DNA of 64,000 nt from a virus (Duplodnaviria; Caudoviricetes): positions 1 to 64,000 of IMG/VR virus record IMGVR_UViG_3300028635_000004; one strand, written 5' to 3'. The position numbers and the translations under genes are program-made. Below the pieces are notes generated by a model. The model was not told the DNA's origin and searched no databases. It saw nothing but the letters and a program-made list of their open reading frames with translations. How positions within the stretch are numbered: the first letter of the stretch is position 1; each line of letters begins with the position of its first letter. Below, piece by piece: positions 23,201-30,700 of this stretch.

Positions 23201-26200
23201 GAGTTACAAAAAAAGTTATTTGATGAAAATGTTCCTCAGGCAGAGAAAACTACTCAATTGAGAATGTTTATAGATTCTGCAATAGAAGTTATGCCCGAAT
23301 CAATGCAAGTTGAATTAAGGGATATCTTGTTAGAAATGGAGATGGCAGAGTTCTATGAGGAATGGGTTGGTATAAAGACTGCTAAACGTTTATCAGATCT
23401 ATTAGACAAGTGGAATTATGATAGCGCTAAGGCTGAGTTCTTAGAGAAGTATAAAGAAGCATCCCCATATGAGTATAACTCTGAACAAGCCATTAAGAAT
23501 AGGTTATTAGATGCTTATTTGTCTATATATAAGAATTCTAACAATATACAACAATCACAATCGCCACTTGGTGCTTATAAGAAAGAGCTTACTACATTGG
23601 CTGGTAATATAACCGAAGAGGATAGCGGCAGCATGTTTCATATTTATTCTGCAACAAATCAAAATATATTAAAGTTTGAATATACCGGTGGTGGGGATGG
23701 CATTGGGCCATCTGCATTAAACAATGTACATCATGTGTTGTCTCAATTAGCTGGTTTGAAATATAGGGGTGCGTCATTTGGTTTATTAAATAGGGACAAA
23801 GCCGGTAGGATAGATTTAAGTGGTAAATTAGGTGTAGACCATAAGAGCATTATGGCTTGGCTGTCTACATTGATTGATGCTCACGTAGATTTAGCTAAGG
23901 ATAATTATATTATGAAACTTAATGTTAACTCTGCTACATATAACTTTGTTATGTTTATGATTAGGGCAGGGTTTGGTCTTGACACATTTAAGTTAGTATC
24001 ACAGCCTATAATTAAAGACTTGGCCAATAGGATTAATTGTTCTGGTAGGTATAGCAAGATGTCATTATATGGCAGTAAAAAAGCTGCTATGAGTAAAACT
24101 ATGCAGTATTGGGAAGACTTACTGTCAGATAAAGCTAAAGAAGAATATAAAGAATTTAGACTTAGGAAGAAAGAAGTATATCAATTTATACGTACTGAGA
24201 AAGCACTTGAAAAGGATTATTTAAATACTAAGGTTGAAAATCTCAAGGGCGATGAAAGAGACGCATTTGTGCTTCATCAGTTAAAGATACTCCATATTTA
24301 TAATCATTTTAACAAGATGGGCGAGGCTCTCAATAACTTTGTACAGATATCACAAATTGATACAAAGAAATTTGGTCGTAGTGTTACAGACATTATTCAT
24401 TTCCAAAAGAGAGTTAATGACTTTAAAGCTGATAATAAGTTTGTAAACGCTGATATATTATTCCCAACTAACCCATCAGAGATTAGGAACGGTCAATCGT
24501 TATTAGGTCCATATTATAAGAACTCTATACTATTCCTATTAGATGTATTACCTGGTTTAACTATGTATGCGTCTCCTGGGTTTATAGAGATAGTTAATAC
24601 TATACTCAATCTCAGTGGCAATGGTGATACATTAAATAAGAAATTAGTTAATACTGTAGCAGACGAAGTATTTGCCGCTATTGTAGGTGATTTCTTCTTT
24701 GATGTAGACGAAGATGGTAACCCTGAAGAGAACTCCTTTGGTTTAAAGAAGAACAATGTTGTTACGGTTATGCGTAATGTAATGGATGTTATAACCAGGG
24801 TTAAGTTCTCTGATGAGCCTATAGCTAAGAGATTTAGGGATAATCCTATATTTAGTTTATTCCTTAAACGTCCATTAGCATCAGAGAGAGGTTTACCATT
24901 TACTTCATACTTAGCTATTACTAGGAAAGCATTCTCAGATGTGTCTGGTACAAATGATTTTATGTATGGTATATTAGACCTATTAAGCGCTACACCTAAG
25001 GATGAGAGTGAAGTTGAAATGATTAAGGAAGTACATAGCTTTGCTCGTTCATTATTTGTGTATAGCTACCTTAATTCAGGGTTTAGGAATAGGTTACACT
25101 CATTCTTTAATGTTATACCACCAGTATTATTTAAGTCATTAACAACTGGTAAACGCGAAAGAACATTATCCTATAATGAATTTATTAAGGGTAAGAAAGA
25201 ATTATTTGCAAGCGAACTTAATACTGCATTATCTGTATATGTAGATAGGGTGTTCACTAATACATGGTCAAATAAAATGCTTGTACCCAGTGTTGCTGGC
25301 AATGATATAACAGATATATTACCTAACATAATGGTTCCCAAAAAGGATCCTAAGACAGGTGAAATTACTAAAGATTGGCTTGATGTAGATGGTGATCAAA
25401 ATATAGATAAATACTTCCCGCCAAAAGTTTATATTTTAGGTGATGGTTCAAGTGAGGGTAGCAGTGTTAAACGTAGGTTCTACTTAGGTAAGAATAAGGA
25501 TAATGAACCTGTGTTTGTTAAGTACCTCATCAATTGGGAGTATAGGGACGATAGGATTGACATGTATGGTAATGTAGCTCCTTACTACGAGCCTCATTTA
25601 TTGGAGTATGTGGGTTATATTAAGTCCTATGGTAGTGAAGAAGATGTATATGAAGCTGGTGATTTTGACTATGCGTACTATGAAGCAGAGTCCGACGATG
25701 AAGATTATGCAGAATCAACTGATACTGATGTAGAAGAGACTGTAGAAGAAACCGAAGATAAAAAAGTAGTTATAGTACATCCTGTATATAAAGTTGTTAG
25801 GCGTAACTCATATGAAAAGTCTGGTATAGTTATTAAAGTTCCTGGTATGACGCCAGATAGCTTTATTAAAGGCGCTAATGAGGATAACTTAGTAATAGAA
25901 GATGGTGAAGAAATTGATTACTTTAACAGCCCGCATATACAGTCTAGGATTGATAATAAAGAATTTATACCTGTAACTAATCTTGTTGTGTTTACAAAAC
26001 CAGATCGTGAACGTGAAGAGGGTGATAAGGCACTTGCTGTTATGGCCCAGTCAGGTAAGACAATAACACCTGAGATTGAATCTGAAACACCATTGTTTGA
26101 TGCATTACCAGAAAGGTCTTATGCTCCTACAATGACATATGCTGGTATAGGTAGTAGGGGTACACCTGAGCATATATTACCACTAATGACAGAAGTTGCT

Positions 26201-27727
26201 AAAGAGTTAAGTAAACTTGGTTATATACTTAATACTGGTGACGCAGTTGGCGCAGACTCAGCATTTACTGAAGGGGCGCCAGATGATATGAGACGTGTAT
26301 TCCGCGCATATCACGCTACAAATCTTACAAGATCGATTGCTAAAGAAATACATCCTAATTGGGACGCTTTAATTAGCAAGGGTGAATATGCTGCAAATTT
26401 AATGGCACGTAACACTAACCAAATATTTGGTGCTGAACTTAATTTACCGGTTGATTTTGTTATATTCTGGGCTGAAGAAAGCAGTAACCCGTTGAGACCA
26501 GAGGGTGGTACTGGCCAAGCTGTAGAAATGGCTAGGCGTAAAGGTATACCTACAATCAATATGATAGATGATAATTGGCGTGAACAGTTAGACAATCTAT
26601 TAGCAGAATTAAAGCAACGTAAAGCTGATCTTAAGACACGTAAAGAAACTGAACCTAAGGTGTCTACTTCTACTATAGAAGTTACTAAACTTGGTGCGAC
26701 GCCTATTAAAGCAGCAACCGATAAGTATACTAGGGAATCTGTTATGAAAGATACAGACTCATTATATATATTTACAGATAATACTGATAGGACATCTGGC
26801 ACTAAAGCTAATGTCAGTGGTTGGTATGCAGAAAAGTATGGGGAAGGATTATCATATGGTACAGATCGTAACCCAACTACTGCTGTAATTAGGGGCTTAG
26901 ATAATGCATATCCTATAAGTACTATGAAATGGTTCTATAGGAAACATAACGTTAGTGTTGAAGAAGCCAGATGGACAGATGAAGAATTTGATGAGTTTAA
27001 AGAAACTATAGATGACGAGATAGATCAAATAAAGAAAGCAATTAATAGTGGCAAATTTAAACAAATTATAATTCCCATGGGTGATGGTTTCTTTAATACT
27101 AGGATTTCTAATATTACTGAAGAAAGAACTCCCAATATATATAAATATCTAAAAAATAAGTTAGCAGAGTTAAAATCAATTGGAACTATAGACGAACCTA
27201 TAAAAATTGCTAGTAAAAAAATTAAAAATCATTCGATGGTTTATTCAATGCCAGGTAAGGACAATATTACTGGCGTAGATACTTCTACTATTGAGATGTG
27301 TGAGATTGGTCTACGAACTGCTACAACCAGATCATATCCACTTGGTGAAGTTGGGGATATAATAACATTTGCTGATAGGCCTCAAAAATATATAATTACT
27401 GATATTGAACAACTTACAGAAGAAAAGGTTACTGATCCAAAGTGGGTAGAAAAGTGGTCTGATAAGGAAGGATGGACTACAAAATATTTCTATTCTCATC
27501 TTAATAAAAAAGGATCTGCTGTAAAGACTGGTAATTATCAGACATCGTTTAAAAAGATTAGTGATGCTGAAATTGCAGAAACTATTCGCACAAGTGAAAT
27601 TACACCAGAACTTGTAGCAAGAATTAATGATAAATTCAAAAATAAAGAAGGCTTTATTCCTTATAGTGCAGAGGATTTAATGAATATGCCAGCTAGAGAA
27701 TTTAATAATATTATAAAGTGCTTATAA
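14222..27727 (+). CDS. Giant virion RNA polymerase polyprotein (4501 aa) with zincin domain and C-terminal accessory domains
   Basis: Catalytic ALTGSDFDIDK (DFDID at 23027-23041), DSTDGQ and RIPTQG motifs, zincin HEAFH at 18581-18595, and C-terminal SLOG/macro-like/ASCH-like domains. Confidence 0.9.
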   Translation: MAKRLLYDTVTGTDSMVNPGTETYFKFPDNLRPIPGEYFDDFAGDPYRPLSLYGVGESRFDKGLTYLDEPFLQNIRASRQGPIAQLGSSFTQAVIGEIVGGTIEGVGYLFELGEFNDLLSGEDEEFGNAVSRFGKSMREGIREKLPVYEYDYREGQFRPWDWSWWMTNGPSIASTIALMVPSGAVAAIPGRLAKGLSYIGKFNSVIRAGRTTGEAAALANRASTNVSRVVAGTTQAIVSRKMESMMEAAGTYDDAYELAISAGKSEEEARIIAAKAAKANYVANWAMLAQDVPQYLLLNKYIGKFSTKSAERAAQKLGAAAKKEMGQKVSFKDYIPSLSSTYNIGKDMLGEAGEEAYQYFSNQYGMYIAERMINPDLDVSFVPWMKENIDTGELLTSAFFGAIGAGFMHGVGRPVMDRMRGVENEQVLEVRSMAERYATIGKNILNAQKVGDDYRLTMELSKGGVELGIRAAMYNSKELMDSFMDLVDSGEFSTASKDLQDFAASEEGKAIIAQDKKNAKEIKKYAQMAYDTYNEVMGQINQEGHTFNKGYKKALDNLKKTGRQVDPEWYKKALASVMTSASINKNIVDDKVQELSTEFQASKEKYTKSANQVFNSLSDLGRQLVFLEAELDALKDVRAKTEKAHPEDIVNKLSDNQKKDLESWYKTNQDMTSAIEQHINQLKDSYSDEDKANDSTIKVNKKDLTEYRDFGARLYHLKKDSYILGRMLKRYNDGELLSEAEIEKYAKEFAERQEEYYENGFQIGDTVTVGKDGPTATIENIIFINGKPVYTVREFTTDEDGNVESATDTQDYDEDDLWAYGTSTQLKAELVDTVSSTINEPNNDPQAEIRQRLHKGGLNDPLTTIADMISMVHIEPTAINQLVHRDPKLNSLLSTPFSENPNFSKILANSRVEYTIDLSDKQKFWVKHKALKDNIIAIQTNKKATAKTKDKQIKALLDSLHKGIDTNQFNHVIDTIPIKVAVIIKDGDQETRYDGNDEYNLYVHNSDFWNIAAPLSILLKGDDKASEEYILEQRIGTREFRFTLLEELLRSDIAVANNLERLGGHLNRVSTYGTIHERLGDDLTDVDLWVGITDTDGIAYPFVESGVRGQWETVPGSVLFRTNKTLTGEEIFVPATISSLSKEHAEIIWDCYLILAAGFPYSSKLNRDDIKNATVGEILDLLVTQGEKVSNLMQDENQILYLKGRQELHFGKHIIKDITKATDAQRGEFIKWANQHKKYKVPFAVKGLGFRLNSKYKTRTGIKIGSFELKPNDDRTWAQMMMSTPISTGKAGNRYAVVTNVERVVDEKTGEFKESIIHSPSLKVRDLDVKGYNRDSTTKEPVTPVTPEPTVDVTPTTEPVANSLDEILGSIEVIGGDDAVVGFYRNKEVETTTETVSDAEFTWLKNRLKSGATVEMSDRFIEIVKDGQSKQAYGAFKASAIYLYSGAVKGTIYHEAFHRVSLGYLSDEERERFYNNARVKYNMPDATDSEIEEKLAEEFRLWRNHKELNAEIEGVSIFDWVKNLFNFIKHYFTGANAIQNYEVETLFKLIDRGAFKYHKIKRSRLKELANVEAPLELSTLGEGFYDVPFVNTRAEFEDFIKGLGTILIIQNDIRDLADVKSMNFQRMFSYIYDKFIPTREKTVVNLKNYLAAGKFKEGETAEQIQSIINDFERSIALYESIKEPKYQKIYMSHLKKVLRTEYGINVISKDDSDLLIDEDEETMSPQELITRYSKESFELNIVDNVTANVKYLISILPKSSKINPITGTYEFVKFKETFDSLLFHLYNLDSLEEMLDKLEELGKTNHAFSVLHKRLVRGSPNLRNQFKVAMSKHKHLYINFTYTRDYGKYDTPIYQIFRADVNRAEEAEKYDWAEQFLMSEYMDHGEKVGDVQKLNIERLTKVYEDYVSFEKEVRRNARKQLSAEELGAYADRFIELVRAVRIDIDKTILDAYIAGKVRAAGRKSFGVKEALVNLITSEFTSQPGREEDPAGYFYRLKLLAGKALDHEKAVAERKKGARAIEYDLDADIRSIYLGKDSVYAIRELARKRYEVYPDLLSDIVIGPEGHQYYTYSLRTYTSDRIKQLKDKAFVDRKLNKVGNRHSIFLQQLSNDQNVRDAVNIKTMSSFQERDAHDSGQSYSDINTIEDYILRLGALHNYDTLVPFPIIADRTTYYFLEGFDIPKNLYELNTETGELEFTDEILSIFMGYAEDERERIKDAKDVIKRYKAAVKRKDGSDLDILKNEMVLNYHYKLKGDQIIPESANAIKYIEFSEFNKRGFDFERDARNLIIEHLKKVVDFGMERAEKLGVYTTEIDREDDSIVYRNNLLDRNVFANYADTYGTYEKAIRAIIAFNEIGMIISNFEINKIFTGAPAFYKGDETKSIQQDRIKRLMVLTSSGDPIHQKTTDKGVIDDAFTMASLATQKLNMSRGEYNNQDPSNYYHTLRNLLIVRYSQLLVSEIKYKDKELYNKHANILYEDYIIEKDGVETFDSNKIDNLEKTVLRGAFGIDINDILEPYRNIDSTDGQAYVSPTMYRSMLIQLGEWPDWKERAYNNIMSRRNWDDLTTEEKDELLKFYMQPLKPVFFDLVDRGNIEVPVYLKMSVMPLFPGLVDGTKLEDLANRMEAIGRYAGQNKIDMVTYDSAVKVGLGYTAPLYSNQYTEELSDLNDLHYTSLPLSSLRRQLVTDPHDIKETKLGTQVIKINLADLMLDEHVYNIPGVEDSITGRELANIVFNCLASVSDKGLAKLKERIGYNDVTKQVDLQLLTKSLREDAIKSNMPDMIVDALRVEGDGLYLELDSFSNRKQIFNRLIGDVARNTIDIEMPGNQFIQLSTTGITTTSSDNLKWYKLDMDGNVKAAECAISITLFKHLIPNYKDISFKEASDYVLKHIPEILVYRIPTQGQSSAMYLKVAKLLPEQVGDTIVLPKAVTALTGSDFDIDKMFAVRHSYFVNEKGELEKIKFFDKEIDGVSPQELAFEHQHRRIISQYTQQIRELQKKLFDENVPQAEKTTQLRMFIDSAIEVMPESMQVELRDILLEMEMAEFYEEWVGIKTAKRLSDLLDKWNYDSAKAEFLEKYKEASPYEYNSEQAIKNRLLDAYLSIYKNSNNIQQSQSPLGAYKKELTTLAGNITEEDSGSMFHIYSATNQNILKFEYTGGGDGIGPSALNNVHHVLSQLAGLKYRGASFGLLNRDKAGRIDLSGKLGVDHKSIMAWLSTLIDAHVDLAKDNYIMKLNVNSATYNFVMFMIRAGFGLDTFKLVSQPIIKDLANRINCSGRYSKMSLYGSKKAAMSKTMQYWEDLLSDKAKEEYKEFRLRKKEVYQFIRTEKALEKDYLNTKVENLKGDERDAFVLHQLKILHIYNHFNKMGEALNNFVQISQIDTKKFGRSVTDIIHFQKRVNDFKADNKFVNADILFPTNPSEIRNGQSLLGPYYKNSILFLLDVLPGLTMYASPGFIEIVNTILNLSGNGDTLNKKLVNTVADEVFAAIVGDFFFDVDEDGNPEENSFGLKKNNVVTVMRNVMDVITRVKFSDEPIAKRFRDNPIFSLFLKRPLASERGLPFTSYLAITRKAFSDVSGTNDFMYGILDLLSATPKDESEVEMIKEVHSFARSLFVYSYLNSGFRNRLHSFFNVIPPVLFKSLTTGKRERTLSYNEFIKGKKELFASELNTALSVYVDRVFTNTWSNKMLVPSVAGNDITDILPNIMVPKKDPKTGEITKDWLDVDGDQNIDKYFPPKVYILGDGSSEGSSVKRRFYLGKNKDNEPVFVKYLINWEYRDDRIDMYGNVAPYYEPHLLEYVGYIKSYGSEEDVYEAGDFDYAYYEAESDDEDYAESTDTDVEETVEETEDKKVVIVHPVYKVVRRNSYEKSGIVIKVPGMTPDSFIKGANEDNLVIEDGEEIDYFNSPHIQSRIDNKEFIPVTNLVVFTKPDREREEGDKALAVMAQSGKTITPEIESETPLFDALPERSYAPTMTYAGIGSRGTPEHILPLMTEVAKELSKLGYILNTGDAVGADSAFTEGAPDDMRRVFRAYHATNLTRSIAKEIHPNWDALISKGEYAANLMARNTNQIFGAELNLPVDFVIFWAEESSNPLRPEGGTGQAVEMARRKGIPTINMIDDNWREQLDNLLAELKQRKADLKTRKETEPKVSTSTIEVTKLGATPIKAATDKYTRESVMKDTDSLYIFTDNTDRTSGTKANVSGWYAEKYGEGLSYGTDRNPTTAVIRGLDNAYPISTMKWFYRKHNVSVEEARWTDEEFDEFKETIDDEIDQIKKAINSGKFKQIIIPMGDGFFNTRISNITEERTPNIYKYLKNKLAELKSIGTIDEPIKIASKKIKNHSMVYSMPGKDNITGVDTSTIEMCEIGLRTATTRSYPLGEVGDIITFADRPQKYIITDIEQLTEEKVTDPKWVEKWSDKEGWTTKYFYSHLNKKGSAVKTGNYQTSFKKISDAEIAETIRTSEITPELVARINDKFKNKEGFIPYSAEDLMNMPAREFNNIIKCL

Positions 27728-27728
27728 C

Positions 27729-30700
27729 ATGATTAAGTGTGTTAACATTAATCACCCTGATTTTGATCGGCTGCTAAAGGATTCAGGAATGGATCCTATA
27801 GCTTTGTCAGCTGAAATGGGGGTTTGGATGGAAGAGAATAATACAGACGAGTGGCCTACTTTAGAACAATTGGGTATAATCAAGAAGAAGTCTTCTTTTA
27901 TTTCAGATAGATTTAAAGATTTATTAAGTTCAAAAGACGATATTGCTATTAAAGATATTGAACAGTTTATCAAAGGTTTAGCCAATACATTCTCTAGTAA
28001 GAAATATGGTGGTCACTATACTGTACGCAGGGATGATATAATGCAAGTTGGTTTTAATCAAGCGCAACGAGCGAGGGATATTGTAGCAGAGATTAATAGG
28101 ATTGTACCAGATTTATTATATTTACAAGATAACCCCATATATTATAGGAATCAACAAACAGGACAATACTTAATAAATAAAGATACTGGTGAACGTGTTG
28201 CTCGTGGTGATGTATGGACAAAAGTAATTATAAGTGAAACAGCATTAAAACGTTACCTTGCATCAAGGTCTCAGTTATCATTTGACTTTGATCAACCCAA
28301 AGGACTTAGCGAGGATGATGTAAAGAGTATTGAGGATACAATGCCTGAATTTAAAGGACTTATTGGTGACACATTACCAATGGAGTTTGACCAATTTGAA
28401 AATCCCGAAGCTGATCCTAAGTTAGTCAACCTTATATATGCAGAGGCTAAGAAAGTGGGTGAATTACTTGATGGGCAAGGTGATACTGCTAGACCAATGG
28501 CTTTATTAGATGCTATAGAAGATAAGGTTGGTTTATCAGAAGTTAATGCTGAACATAAGAAACTTATTCAAGATTCACTTGGTGATTTGGCTGATATAGA
28601 GTTTAAGATTATAAAGAGGATTGATTTACATAGCTTAGCTGGTGGTGCATTTAGGAAACATATACATGATTATGGTTTCACTCACATTAGTGCTAAGGAT
28701 AATACACGTACTATATATTTAATTAAAGACAACCTTGATGTACCTGGCCATGGTACATTTGACCTGTTAGCTTCTACAATATTACACGAGTTATATCATG
28801 GTATATTATTTAATGCTATAGACAATCCTACAAGTGAAGCTGAACGTGAATTATCCAATGAGGTTAATAAGTTATTTAAAGCAGCAAAATCACAGACTAC
28901 GTTTACTACACATGCTGCATATAAGAATGTACAAGAGTTTGTATCATATGGTTTAACAGATCATAAGATTGTATCAGAACTTAAGGATATGAAGTATAAC
29001 TGGTGGCAACGTTTTATACGTGCTATAGTTAATTTCTTTACTAGGTTTACTGATGCTGGTGAAGGTGGTAAATCACTTACATATTATGACTCTTTATATA
29101 ATGCCGTATTTGGTTATATTAGTAAGCAACGTACTATTAAACCTGTATTAAATGGTGAAGTAACATTGGCAGCCGGTGAGCCTATAAAATGGTTAAGTGG
29201 TATAACTGGCTTAAGAACTACATATGAGAACGCTAAGTTAATTGCTAATAATTTTAATAGAACTTTAAAATCATATCATAATTTCCTTGCTAATGTATCA
29301 CCAAACGAAGCTGAATTTATAACTACGGAGCATGGTCAAAACATAATGGGTTTCTCTGGTGTACCATCAGATTTAATTGCCAAACAAAAAGACCTATCAA
29401 AATTCAAATATAATAATGTTTATGCTACTATTAGGGAAGCTGTAATGAATTATGAAGGCAGAGCTAAGATTGTAGATAAAGAAGCATTAATAAGTATGTT
29501 AGAGAATAGATTTGGTAAGAATGCTGCTGTAGTTACTAATGTATTTGTACACAATATAGATAGGAGAATGTATGATGTCATAGACTTTGTTGTTGTACAT
29601 AGCGATGATGCTAGCAAAGGTTCTATTGTATATAGCTTTGTAGACTTCTATGAATCAAATGGTGAAATGGCTACATTTGAAGATGTTGTTAAACTTGATA
29701 AGAAGAAGGGATTATATAAACCTATGGCTTGGAGTGATAGGTTGGATATGAGACTTAGCTGGGCAAATATAATGTTTAAGCATAAGTTTTATGTTGAAAG
29801 ACAAGGTCCTGATATCTTATTTGACGCCCACAGTTTAAATGTAATACCAATAGCAGAAGATAATGAAGGCAATGCTAGATTAGATGGTGATATAACAGAA
29901 GTAAAGATGTCTGGTATGGGTCACTTCTTCTGGCGTGATAGTTTTGATAAAGCGCGTGCTCAAGCATTTGAAGAATATCAATCGGATATAGACATTGAAT
30001 TATCAGATGAAGTAGAAGATTATACTAAGGAGTACTTCAATAGGATAGAGTTAGAGATGCATACGTTAAAAGAGGATCAAAAGCTAGTATACGATGCTAT
30101 AAAGATGTTACATAGACGTGGTCTTGTTAGTAGGGCGTTTGGTCGTAGGTTAGCTACTGTTGAAATTAGTGGCTTACTTAAGACTTTAATAACTGAGCAC
30201 GAGGAATCACAGAGAGCTATAACGTCATTGGTAGAATACATCTATAAAGAGTTAACTAAGGCTTTTGCTATGCTGCAGGAAACAGATATGCAAAATAAGA
30301 AAATCAATAAGAATACATTAACCGCCTTCTATAACATGACTAAGTCGTTTGAGATAATAAACGATATTGCGTCATACTTTATGATTATAGAGAAGGATAC
30401 TCCTGAGCTAAAAAACTTAGATTTAAAGATAAAGGAGAGTATAAGCTGCTTGGCGTATATTAAAACCGCTTACAAAAATAGGGCTATAAACTTGTTAGTA
30501 GATTTCCTTGCGCCTTACTATAGTAGGATAAAGAATGAACAATTAGAAAAGTATGCTAATGACTATAGGAGGTTTAAGTATTGGCTAAGTCGCATTGAAA
30601 AGGGTGATGAACGATATACAAAATATGATTATCATCGTAGAGTACCTAGCAACTTTAACCCAGACTTTACCGAGGAAGAATATGTAGCATCGCAGTATAA

